The notes beneath the pieces are model-generated. The model was not told where the DNA came from and did no database searches. It saw nothing but the letters and a program-made list of their open reading frames with translations. A program made the translations under genes and the position numbers. A DNA stretch of 64,000 bases from Verrucomicrobiia bacterium. Its GTDB lineage: Bacteria; Verrucomicrobiota; Verrucomicrobiia; Limisphaerales; UBA1319. The stretch's first letter is position 1. The number at the start of each line of letters is the position of its first letter. This document shows, one piece after another, positions 39,357-48,558 of the stretch. The stretch spans positions 2,944,001 to 3,008,000 of the forward strand of contig OY760937.1 in the NCBI GenBank assembly GCA_963664225.1, in the 5' to 3' direction.

Positions 39357-40472
39357 TCACGCCTTGCATCCCAGGCCGAGCACCTCTTTGCAGTATTTGA
39401 TGCTGCGCTCCAATTCGGCCTTTTGGTAATTCTGCTCCGCAATTTTTTTGTCCACGCCTTCCGGGGCTTTGTAGGGTTCGCGCTTGGTTCCACGACGGGA
39501 CATGGCCACAAAGGCCGCGAGATCGGCGGCATGGGCCTTGGGAAAGGCCTTCCAAAATTCATCCTTCAAATAGGGGAACGACACTGAAAAGCCCGAGATG
39601 ATTTCCAGAATGAAGGGTGTTTGCGGGCAGAGTTGCGCGAACCGGCGCGCGTAGGCCTTGAAGTCCATCTGGCCCTCCCCAATGGCCGTCCACTGCACCA
39701 TGGAGCCATCCGGGTAATCCCAGATGGCCGAATCGCGCAGGCCGGTGGTGACGGCGTAAGGCCCCAGGGCCTCCAGGTTGCGCATCGGATCTTCCAGTGT
39801 CCAGGTGGCATTGCCGCAGTCCATGGTGGCCCCCACGTAATCGCGCCCGGCTTCCTCGATCAAATTCACCAGCTCCCATCCCTGCATGTCGCCGGCGTGG
39901 TTTTCGATGGCGATTTTCACCCCCGCATCCAGCGCCTGCGTGCGCGCCGCTTTGAGCACCTGGATCGTATCCCGAATGCGCGCCTCGATGCCCCCCTCGG
40001 TCTGCCTATCTTCCCGTGTGCCCTGCACGCAGCGGGCCACGGGCGATCCCAGCGCATGGGCGGTGCGGATCAGCAGGGACAGGTATTCCCCCGCCGTGCC
40101 GCGATTTTTGCGAAACGCCTTGGACGTGGGACAGATGCTCCAGCCGCCCACATGGATTTGCAGGCCCAAATCGTCCGCCTTCTTCTTCAAGTCCTTCAAC
40201 TTGTCCTCTTCCAGGCTCTCGAAGACGTCGAGATCCGAGAAGAACATCACATCGAGCTTTTGTTCCGCGGCGTAATCCAGGAATTGCGGCGCCTTCCAGC
40301 CCAGGGCGCGCAGTGAAAAATTATCGAAACCAAGTTTGGTTTTTGTGGCGGCAGAGGCGGATTCCGCACCGATGACGGGCAGGGCTGCGGCCAGTCCGAT
40401 GCTGGCGGCGCCGAGGGTTTTGACAAAGTTCCGACGGGAAAACTGTGGGGCGCTTTTTTCGAGGGGCGTCAT
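39357..40472 (-). CDS. Tat-exported sugar-phosphate isomerase/epimerase (xylose-isomerase-like TIM barrel)
   Basis: SRRNFVK twin-arginine signal, IAIENH, MDCGN; start about 40472. Confidence 0.8.
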   Translation of the reverse strand: MTPLEKSAPQFSRRNFVKTLGAASIGLAAALPVIGAESASAATKTKLGFDNFSLRALGWKAPQFLDYAAEQKLDVMFFSDLDVFESLEEDKLKDLKKKADDLGLQIHVGGWSICPTSKAFRKNRGTAGEYLSLLIRTAHALGSPVARCVQGTREDRQTEGGIEARIRDTIQVLKAARTQALDAGVKIAIENHAGDMQGWELVNLIEEAGRDYVGATMDCGNATWTLEDPMRNLEALGPYAVTTGLRDSAIWDYPDGSMVQWTAIGEGQMDFKAYARRFAQLCPQTPFILEIISGFSVSFPYLKDEFWKAFPKAHAADLAAFVAMSRRGTKREPYKAPEGVDKKIAEQNYQKAELERSIKYCKEVLGLGCKA

Positions 40473-40736
40473 AGACATTGCTTTCGATCGCATTTCATTT
40501 ACGGGCTTGTTTCTGGCGATCAATTTAAGGGGTTCGCCGCGGTTTGCGACAAAAAAGGAGGCGGGGAAAAAAGTCCCGTCCTGAAACAGGTTGTCACAGA
40601 TGAGACAATAAACGGTGTCAGAAGGGTGGGAATAAGGTCCAGTGATTCGTTTAACCCGAAATCCGAAATACGAATGGTCAAGATGATGCAATGCTTTGAG
40701 GCAGCCATGATTTGCAATCGGCGAGGGTGTATTAAA

Positions 40737-42268
40737 CCCGAACTCCGAGATAGAAAAAGAGGTCGCAATGCGCAACCTTCTGAGGCAATAGGGTTTGATG
40801 CTAAACAAGCCCGCTTCAGACTCGCACAAAACGACCCCAGTCGAAATTAGCGCTCTTTTCGGCCAAGCCAAGCTCTATCTGGATGAGACTCCCAAGGCCA
40901 TAACCCCCTTCGGCGGTCTGGCTTCATTCATAACCTTTTTGGGTCAGATCGGCTATGCGCAGGCGGTGCAGCGGTGCTTGCCGTTTGCCGCGCCCACTTC
41001 ACCTAATGCCATTCCTCTAGCCCATACGCTGACCAGTTTTATCGTATCTGTGGTGGCGGGAGCACGCCGCTTTGCCCACTGTCAGTGGCTGCGTGCCGAT
41101 CATGTTCTGCACGCCATGCTGGGGATGGAACGTTTCCCGGGCGATGACACCATCCGCAACTTCTTCCTGCACTTTGGCCAGGGCCACATCGAAGCGTTCT
41201 GGCGACCGCTCTGGCGATGGCTGCTCAATCTGCTGGCCTGCCCCAAGGCAGGCTTCTCGTTGGATCTGGATTCGACCGTGTTCTGCCGGGAGGGTTCGCA
41301 GGAGGGGGCTGCCAAGGGGTACAATCCACGCCGCAAGGGGCGCAAGAGCCATCATCCGCTCCTGGCGGTGCTGGCCGAAGCGCCGTTTATCCTGCATGGA
41401 TGGTTGCGCAGCGGCAACACCGGAGCCGCGCGCGGGGTGGTGCCGTTTTTGCAGGAGGCATTGGCCCTGTTGCCCGAGGGAACGTGGATTCGGTGCGTGC
41501 GTGCCGACAGCGGGTTCTTCGATGAGGCGTTAGTGACGTTTTTGGAAATGCGCAAATTAACCTACATTGTGGTGGCGCGCATGACCTCCACGATCAAATA
41601 CCATTGCGTGGGAATCCAGAACTGGAAAGCCATCGATGAAAATCATGCCGTGGGGGAGTTTAGAGCCCAACTCTTTGGCTGGTCCACTGCCCGGCGATTC
41701 GTGGTGCTGCGGGAGCGGATCAGGGAAGACAAGGAGGCTCTGGGTCGCAAGCTCATTGATGTGCCCGGTTACACCTTTCGAGTGTGCGTCACCAACCGAA
41801 GTGAAGGCGCGCTGGAACTGTGGAGGGACTACAACGGAAGGGCCACCATCGAGCAGCGGATCGAGGAGCTGAAGAATGATCTGGCTGCCAACGGTTTTTG
41901 CCTGAAATCGTTTTTCGCCACCGAGTCGGCGTTTCTGGCGGTGCTCTTCACATTCAACCTGCTGAGTCTTTACCAGCATCAGACCACTCCAACCCAGCCA
42001 TACCGCCAGCCAGGAACATTGCGGACGACGGTTTTTCTGGCGGGAGCCCTCTTGGGAACGATGGGGCGTGATGTGGTGGTGAGGCTCTCGGCGGCCTGGG
42101 GTGGACTGGCTAAACACAAGCCGTTGATAGAAACCACGTTGAACTGGTTGAAAAGCGCGTCGCCGAAGTTGGTGCCACCGGAAGCCCGGCAAGCTTTCGG
42201 AGGGGGCGGAATATGACCGGAGGGGTTAGCGGTTCCCTAAAAAAACCGACCTAACTTCGGAGTTCGGG
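40737..42268 (+). mobile_element. IS1380-family insertion sequence
   Basis: 12-bp perfect TIR CCCGAACTCCGA; TSD TTAAA (40732-40736; the right copy is 42269 + 44245-44248, split by the intron). Confidence 0.88.
40798..42216 (+). CDS. IS1380-family DDE transposase
   Basis: TPFGGL, LDLDST, GYNP...SHHPLL, LRSGN, RADSGF, YNGRATIEQRIEELK. Confidence 0.92.
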   Translation: MLNKPASDSHKTTPVEISALFGQAKLYLDETPKAITPFGGLASFITFLGQIGYAQAVQRCLPFAAPTSPNAIPLAHTLTSFIVSVVAGARRFAHCQWLRADHVLHAMLGMERFPGDDTIRNFFLHFGQGHIEAFWRPLWRWLLNLLACPKAGFSLDLDSTVFCREGSQEGAAKGYNPRRKGRKSHHPLLAVLAEAPFILHGWLRSGNTGAARGVVPFLQEALALLPEGTWIRCVRADSGFFDEALVTFLEMRKLTYIVVARMTSTIKYHCVGIQNWKAIDENHAVGEFRAQLFGWSTARRFVVLRERIREDKEALGRKLIDVPGYTFRVCVTNRSEGALELWRDYNGRATIEQRIEELKNDLAANGFCLKSFFATESAFLAVLFTFNLLSLYQHQTTPTQPYRQPGTLRTTVFLAGALLGTMGRDVVVRLSAAWGGLAKHKPLIETTLNWLKSASPKLVPPEARQAFGGGGI

Positions 42269-42269
42269 T

Positions 42270-44244
42270 GTGCGCCAGTGAAATTGGTAGCCTCGTGGGT
42301 GAAAGTCCCGCCGGTCGAATTAGACGGTTCACGACCGAAATGCAGCGTCCGGGACGAGGCCGTGAGGCCGAACCACAAGCGGGACGCTGAAAGAACTGTC
42401 GGGTCGTAACGAAAGTAAACCTCATCAAATGAGCTCCGAAACCGAAATAACCGGTAAGCCGAGCCGCTACCCGAACGGCGAAGGCAGAAACGCGGCGTCA
42501 TCAAATCGTCAAATGGGCGCTGTTGATTCCGGCGGAGTCAGCGAGGGCGACACGACAGGAAGGGAAACCAAGGTAAGCTGGGAGATCTCTGGAGGCGGGG
42601 CGATAAAGCCTCAACCGCCGGTGCAAGGAGGAACACCCTCCGAGGCCGCACGGGCAGCCAGAGAAGTCGGAGTCTTCCATAGTAGCGAAGAAGCTGGGGC
42701 GACCAAAACCCCGGCGGAGCCAAGGGAAGGCACTTGGATCGAAGCGAATCAAAACAGCGAGGGACAGGGAGATGGCCTTGAGGGAGTGGAAACACTTTTT
42801 CAACGGATAACAACCCCGATAAAAGTTCAAAAGCTGCAGCGAGCGCTATATTGCAAAGCCAAGGCTGAGCCGAAGTATCGGTTTTACAGCCTCTACGGAG
42901 AACTGCTGCGGAAGGACGTGCTGGAAACGGCAATGGCCTCCGTGGCGCACAACAATGGCGCGGCTGGGATCGACGGGCAGACATGCGACGTCTATCTTGC
43001 CAGCGACGAAGCCTGGGACCAATGGCGGAACCAACTGCTGGAGGAGTTACGCACGAAGAAGTATCGGCCAAGCCCGGTGAAGCGTGTGTATATACCAAAA
43101 GGAGACGGGAAGCTGCGACCCCTGGGCATCCCGACAGTGAAAGACCGGGTGGTGCAGACAGCGGTGGTGATTGTATTGCTGCCGATTCTGGAAGCCGATA
43201 GTCATCCGAACAGTTACGCCTATCATCCCAAACGCAATGCCCACCAAGCAATGGAGGCGATCAAGAAGGCTACGCTGACAGGACGCGTCGAAGTTATAGA
43301 CGCGGACTTAAGCGGGTATTTTGACAGCATTCCCCACAGGCGTTTGTTGCGCATAGTGGCCAAGCGGGTCAGCGATGGAACAATTCTCAAGCTGATCGCA
43401 GGATGGCTGCGCGCGCCCGTGAATGAACCGCAAAGCGACACAGGGAAAGGCGGGACAAAGGGGGGGCAAGGTCAGAATCGACGGGGGACTCCGCAAGGCG
43501 GGGTTGTATCGCCGATTTTAGCCAATGCATACCTCAACCAGTTGGATTGGGAAGTCAACGAACGCTGCGAACTCAAACCCGTGATGGTGAGATACGCGGA
43601 TGATTTCGTGATACTCGGACAGCCGGGGCAGGGACGGGAACTGATGGAACGACTGGAACGATGGCTGAAGCAACGCGAGTTAGTGCTCAACGAGAAGAAG
43701 ACCCGCTTGGTGGACCTCCGCCAGGATGGCATCAAATTCTTGGGATTCGCGCTAACAATGCGACAGGGGAAGGGGAAATGGAAATATCCGCATGTGGAAC
43801 CCCATCCCAAGAGCCAGAAGAAGTTTCGAGACGGGATTCGGGAGAAACTCAACCGAAGCACGCTATGGCGTGATATCGGAGAGGTGATTCCCGAGCTCAA
43901 CAAGAAACTCAAAGGTTGGAAGGGTTACTTTCACTACGGGAACAGCACCAAGGTGATGGGCCAGATGAACGAATACGTCAGCAGCAAGTTACAACGATGG
44001 TTGTGGCGCAAACACGGATGTAGTCGGGCGCAATGGTCCACATACCCCAAGGAGGATCTCTATGAGCGTTATGGTTTATACCAAATGCCGGAATATGCGG
44101 CATGGAAACGATGACGTCGAAGCGATGCAACGTATGATCCCCGGAGAGCCGGATGCGGGAAAACCGCCTGTCCGGTTCGATGAGGGGCGAAATGCGACGG
44201 TCATTGGCCACGGCCATTCAATCCGTCCATTTCGCCTACTCTAC
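42270..44244 (+). mobile_element. Group II intron (IIB-like, EBS1 + EBS2)
   Basis: 5' GTGCG at 42270; domain V 44146-44178 with AGC triad; domain VI with bulged A ending CTCTAC at 44244; removal restores the IS TSD. Confidence 0.92.
42786..44114 (+). CDS. ltrA: Group II intron reverse transcriptase/maturase, no endonuclease domain
   Basis: RPLGIPTVKDR, DADLSGYFDSI, GTPQGGVVSP, YADD, X domain GWKGYF; start uncertain (GTG 42786 chosen, since the longer ORF runs through ribozyme domains). Confidence 0.92.
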   Translation: METLFQRITTPIKVQKLQRALYCKAKAEPKYRFYSLYGELLRKDVLETAMASVAHNNGAAGIDGQTCDVYLASDEAWDQWRNQLLEELRTKKYRPSPVKRVYIPKGDGKLRPLGIPTVKDRVVQTAVVIVLLPILEADSHPNSYAYHPKRNAHQAMEAIKKATLTGRVEVIDADLSGYFDSIPHRRLLRIVAKRVSDGTILKLIAGWLRAPVNEPQSDTGKGGTKGGQGQNRRGTPQGGVVSPILANAYLNQLDWEVNERCELKPVMVRYADDFVILGQPGQGRELMERLERWLKQRELVLNEKKTRLVDLRQDGIKFLGFALTMRQGKGKWKYPHVEPHPKSQKKFRDGIREKLNRSTLWRDIGEVIPELNKKLKGWKGYFHYGNSTKVMGQMNEYVSSKLQRWLWRKHGCSRAQWSTYPKEDLYERYGLYQMPEYAAWKR

Positions 44245-44491
44245 TAAATCAATACTCCACAGCCGGTTTCAAACCATGGATGGCCAAATGATTGCGTCAG
44301 ATGGGCCGTTCCTATTTCGGATTTCGGGTTTAAAGCGGCTGCGGTGAGGGAGCTGGAAGAGGGCGAAATGTCCTTTGATGCGATGTGGCGCAAGAAAGCG
44401 TTGAGGTGCTTGCGCACGGCCACCATGGGGAGCGCAGTCAATTTGCGAGGGCGCATTCGTTCTTGAATGCGTCCTTTTGCATAATGCCGTG

Positions 44492-45904
44492 TTACGGTTT
44501 TTCCGGCCCAAAATGCAGGTCTTTGACGTGCTTGCCGATTTGCATGCGGGGAGATTCCCTTGTCAAAGGCTGGTCCAGGATGACGACGTTATCAAAGGTG
44601 ACATTCTGAACATTGTGCTCCGGGGTTGCTCCCTCCAGTTGGACAAGGTAGTCGCCGGAACCGCCCGAGATCGATACATTCTTGAAAACCACATTACTCA
44701 CAAAACCCGGCGTTTGGGTGCGCATGTATTGGTTGATGGTCGGTTTGAGCCGGATGAACTCGTGCTGGCCCTCGCCATGCAGCCGGACGTCCTGCACGCG
44801 GACCTGTTCAAGGTGCATGTCCTCCCCCGGCTCAAAGAGAAAACAGGTCATGGTGAAATGAATGATGTCCACATTCCGGATTTCAATCTGCCGCATGAAC
44901 GCCGCGCGGCTTTCGTGGCCCAGCAGGAATATCCTTGCCCGGTCGCACCAAAGCACGGAGTTTTCAACCGTGATCTGTTCCACATTGCTGTTGGGACCGG
45001 TCTTTTCGAGTCCTTTCAATGCAACGCAGTCATCGTCCGTGCGAAAGAAGCAGTTGGAGACGAGGACATCCTGCGAGTTGCAGGGATCAATGCCATCGTC
45101 GTTTTGCACCCGCGACCCGCAGAGTTTGACGTCACGCACCACCACATGCGAGCTGTCCCGGGGAACAATGGTCCACCCGTAGGCCCCGCGCATGGTGATG
45201 CCGGACACCTCGACATTGGTGCCGCGAATATCCACCAGGTTGCCGTTGGGGCCCTTGGTCCATTCCCAATCCGAGCCATCCAGAATTCCGCGGCCCGTGA
45301 TCCGAATGTTGTTTCCATGGGCGATGACAGCGCCTTTGACGACCGCGCCCGCGGCGATGTAAAGTGTCTGATCATTCGTCAACTCAATGCGCGTCGGCTT
45401 GTGGATGCCGGGTCCAAAATAAACCACACCCGGGGCATTCGTTGCGGGCTTGTTTTCTTCCATTGGATTGGCAAAAAGCAAAAGCGGCCCCTTCTTGCCA
45501 TCCGGTTCCACACTGACTTTGGCCGGTTTGTCGAAGGTCAGAACCAACGTGTGGTCGTCTTCATGAACGACCTTTGCCACAGCAGTCGATGGGCGCACCA
45601 CAGCCTGGTTTAAGGAACGTTTCGAGGTGATGCGGACGGTGACTTTCCCAGTCATGTCAAAGTTGGCAAACGAATAGGGGCCGCCGTAATCCATTCCCTT
45701 GTTGGCAAAAGGCGGGTCGAGCACGCGGGCTCCATAAACAGCCACGTTCCGGCCCATCGCGGAGACTTCGTAATCGGTGGGGAGGGGCTCGCCCGCGGGC
45801 GCCGGGGCGGTGACAACGGCCGGTGTCTCCGCATGGCTGAGGCCCGTTGAACATCCGATCAGCGCGCCAACGAGTAGTAAAACGACCTGATTCAATACGT
45901 GCAT
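44492..45904 (-). CDS. Secreted right-handed beta-helix glycoside hydrolase (GH28/GH49-like)
   Basis: Signal peptide from ATG 45904, YFGPGIH, GRGILDG, NDDGID, DDDCVALK. Confidence 0.75.
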   Translation of the reverse strand: MHVLNQVVLLLVGALIGCSTGLSHAETPAVVTAPAPAGEPLPTDYEVSAMGRNVAVYGARVLDPPFANKGMDYGGPYSFANFDMTGKVTVRITSKRSLNQAVVRPSTAVAKVVHEDDHTLVLTFDKPAKVSVEPDGKKGPLLLFANPMEENKPATNAPGVVYFGPGIHKPTRIELTNDQTLYIAAGAVVKGAVIAHGNNIRITGRGILDGSDWEWTKGPNGNLVDIRGTNVEVSGITMRGAYGWTIVPRDSSHVVVRDVKLCGSRVQNDDGIDPCNSQDVLVSNCFFRTDDDCVALKGLEKTGPNSNVEQITVENSVLWCDRARIFLLGHESRAAFMRQIEIRNVDIIHFTMTCFLFEPGEDMHLEQVRVQDVRLHGEGQHEFIRLKPTINQYMRTQTPGFVSNVVFKNVSISGGSGDYLVQLEGATPEHNVQNVTFDNVVILDQPLTRESPRMQIGKHVKDLHFGPEKP

Positions 45905-46058
45905 AAAATGTTTGCCGAAGGCATCTGCAGGGCCGGCATCATCCATCTTCCTGAATCCTGTGCCGCGCCCGGAAGCGCCGGTTTTTCCCCGTCCCGGGAA
46001 ACAGGAAAAAACAGAGCTGGAATGGGAAGCCCAAGATCCCTCCGGCTCTGGAGAAAAA

Positions 46059-47420
46059 TCAGCGGGCCAGTTGCTTTTCCAGGTAATTGACTGCCTGGCG
46101 CACGCTTTCATCCACTTCCATGCGATCTTTGACCAGCTTGCAGGCGTGCAGCACCGTCCCGTGATCGCGGCCACCGAACGCCTCGCCGATCGCACTCAGC
46201 GAATTTTCGGTCATTTGCCGGGAGAGAAACATGGCGATTTGACGGGGAAACGCGATGTTTTCGGGCCTGCGTTTGCTGACCATGTCGGTCATGCGAATAT
46301 CGAAATGCTCGGCCACCCGTTTTTGGATGATGGTGATGTTGATGGTAAAGCGCCCTTCCTCGTGAAGTAATTCCCGCAGAAGTTCTTCCGCCAGTTCGAG
46401 CGTCGGTTTCTTATTCGTCAACGTGATGTACGAGGTCAGGCGGATCAGGGCGCCCTCGAGGCGACGGATATTCGTGCGAATCCGGTCCGCGATAAAATGA
46501 ATGACTTCGCTCGGCAAATGAACGCCGATCATGGCCTCTTTTTTCAGGAGAATGGCCACGCGGGTCTCGACATCCGGCGGCTGGAGATCGGCCACCAGAC
46601 CCCATTCGAGGCGGGACATGAGCCGCTGCTCCAGGTTCTGCATCTCGGCCGGAGGACGGTCGCAGGTGAGCACGATTTGCTTGTGGCTCTCGTGCAAGGC
46701 GTTGAACGTATGGAAAAACTCCTCCTGAATGCGTTCCTTGCCCGCGAGGAATTGAATGTCATCGATCAACAGCAGGTCGGTCTGGCGGTATTTCTTGCGG
46801 AACTTGACCAACTGGCTGTTTTGAATGGCGTCGATGTATTCGTTGGTGAATTTCTCGGAGGACAAATAGGCGACGCGCGCGCCCTTTTTCTGGCTTAGCA
46901 GTTGCTGGCCAATGGCATGGAGCAGATGCGTTTTTCCCAGACCCACACCGGCATACAAGAAAAGCGGGTTATAGGATTTGCCGGGAGATTGTGCCACGGC
47001 CATGGCCGCCGCATGGGAGAAACTGTTGGTGCTGCCCACGACAAACGTGTCAAAAGTGTATTTGGGATTGAATCCCAGGTCTGCCGGGGAGCTGTAATCC
47101 AGCGTTGCACCGCCGCTTTTGGCCTTTTTGGGCTGAACCTCGGGTGCGGGCAATGAAGCCGCTGGAGCGGTCGCCGCAATGTGGAAATCAACCTTGATCT
47201 GTTGGCCGGATTCGTGCGAAAGGACGTTCTGGAGCAAATCCAGATAGTTGTCCTTGAGCCAGACCTCGCAAAAATCGTTGGCCACTTCCAGAGTGACGAC
47301 GTCGGCGACCTGGTTGACGGCTCGCAGTGGGGCAAACCACAGATTATAAAGATCAGTGTTTAGCATGGTGCGCAGGCGCTCTTGCGCCTTCCCCCAAATG
47401 CCTTCAACTGATGTTTGCAT
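46059..47420 (-). CDS. dnaA: Chromosomal replication initiator DnaA
   Basis: NPKYTFDTFV, YNPLFLY.GVGLGKTHL, LLIDDIQF, QEEFFHTFN, FGGRDHGTV. Confidence 0.97.
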   Translation of the reverse strand: MQTSVEGIWGKAQERLRTMLNTDLYNLWFAPLRAVNQVADVVTLEVANDFCEVWLKDNYLDLLQNVLSHESGQQIKVDFHIAATAPAASLPAPEVQPKKAKSGGATLDYSSPADLGFNPKYTFDTFVVGSTNSFSHAAAMAVAQSPGKSYNPLFLYAGVGLGKTHLLHAIGQQLLSQKKGARVAYLSSEKFTNEYIDAIQNSQLVKFRKKYRQTDLLLIDDIQFLAGKERIQEEFFHTFNALHESHKQIVLTCDRPPAEMQNLEQRLMSRLEWGLVADLQPPDVETRVAILLKKEAMIGVHLPSEVIHFIADRIRTNIRRLEGALIRLTSYITLTNKKPTLELAEELLRELLHEEGRFTINITIIQKRVAEHFDIRMTDMVSKRRPENIAFPRQIAMFLSRQMTENSLSAIGEAFGGRDHGTVLHACKLVKDRMEVDESVRQAVNYLEKQLAR

Positions 47421-47429
47421 ATTCAATTC

Positions 47430-48130
47430 TCCGCCCCTCGCTGGAGCAAATTATTCACGCGGCTTTGTGACGGTTTGGTTACGCCGCTTTTTGTGTGGCT
47501 CTCCACCGCCGGACGGCGTCGAGAACCTCACCACAAAAAACACAGGGCCTCAATGGAAAAAAATAACAAAAAAGCGCATAACGCAACCTTTTGATTATAA
47601 ACTGTTTGAGTAAAGCCCAGGGTTGTCTTACCGAGCTGCTTTCCATCATCCACTCCGGCAGCCATCGCAGCCCGGTTTAATGTCGTCATGTTTTAGAGCA
47701 TCCAAAGTCTTCTGCATAGGACAACCTTCAAATTCTTGTTCACCAGTTATTCACAGGAGGATTTTGCCTTTGTTTTATGCCGAAATATCCACAAATTCGG
47801 GCCTCAATTTCGTTGAAATGCCCGAATCCCTAGCCTGCCGCCCGGTGAATAACTCTTGCACCCCTGTGCCCCAAAGGCGGAGTCAATGTTCTGAAACAGA
47901 CACTCCGCGTCCCGCCATTTGTAAAAACCGCGTAAAATTCATGCAAAAAGCGCGAAAAAGCGCCCAAATAACCTGCCAAAATGTTATTTTGTTAAATCCA
48001 TATGCTGCTTATGGAGAGCAGTTTGCGTCCATGCAGGGCAGGGCATTGCCCCCAAACTCGCCCTCGCATCCCCCCATAATCCTTGAATTCTTTCCGGTCC
48101 TCACCAAATTAGCAGCCGTATCATTGACTC
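47430..48130. promoter_or_regulatory. DnaA-box cluster, candidate oriC / dnaA autoregulatory region
   Basis: TTATTCACG 47451, TTGTTCACC 47736, TTATTCACA 47747, ATATCCACA 47785, reverse TTATTCACC 47844-47852; AT-richer non-coding interval. Confidence 0.65.
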
Positions 48131-48131
48131 T

Positions 48132-48485
48132 ATGAAACGCCAAAAGATTTCGGAAATGGTCGTGGATTTAGCCGGGGACTACATCGGCCAGGGGGCTTCT
48201 TTGGAAGAACGACAGTGCCGTCTTAAACTCGCTTGCACCTGTTGGAATTACGCATGCGCTCCGGAAAAAACCGGCAAGGCGCAACTGGACATCTACATGA
48301 CCGAATACCGCAAGTGGAATCCCGAAGCCACGGATGAAGACTGCCAGAAGAAAAAACGAATGCTCGAATCTTTGATGCGGGAGAAGCGCAAAAAATATCC
48401 GAACGTCAATTCACAGATTGTCTCCTGCGATTTGATGTCGGGAGTTAATGAGGAAAGACTTGTAATCGCAGTAGCCCCTCAATGA
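48132..48485 (+). CDS. Hypothetical protein
   Basis: 117-aa ORF with no competing long ORF. Confidence 0.6.
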   Translation: MKRQKISEMVVDLAGDYIGQGASLEERQCRLKLACTCWNYACAPEKTGKAQLDIYMTEYRKWNPEATDEDCQKKKRMLESLMREKRKKYPNVNSQIVSCDLMSGVNEERLVIAVAPQ

Positions 48486-48558
48486 TCCGGGCACTGGTTT
48501 GTCGGAACGACCATTCTTAAGGCTGGCAGAACGAGCCGCCCGGAGTTTCCCCCCAGAC

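Larger units (their letters stand above)
40655..44328. mobile_element. Palindromic MITE-like element (162 bp when empty; arms 40655-40736 and 44249-44328) containing IS1380 and an intron
   Basis: Perfect 16-bp TIR CCCGAAATCCGAAATA; arms imperfectly inverted over about 78 bp; TSD TTTAA at 40650-40654 and 44329-44333. Confidence 0.8.

Noticed and set aside
40473..40871. Long N-terminal extension of the TIM-barrel ORF
   Set aside because: It runs through the MITE arm and IS left end; the Tat signal marks the real start near 40472.
42429..42785. 119-codon N-terminal extension of the RT ORF
   Set aside because: It overlaps ribozyme domains including EBS1 and EBS2; most likely an open frame through structured RNA, not protein.
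42270..44244. RT as part of a DGR, retron or CRISPR-RT system
   Set aside because: Complete group II intron boundaries and domains V/VI are present; no template/variable repeat pair, cas genes or array were seen.
40520..44456. A short minus-strand ORF that would be rejoined by removing the nested element
   Set aside because: The joined peptide of about 85 aa has no recognisable features; probably a chance frame.
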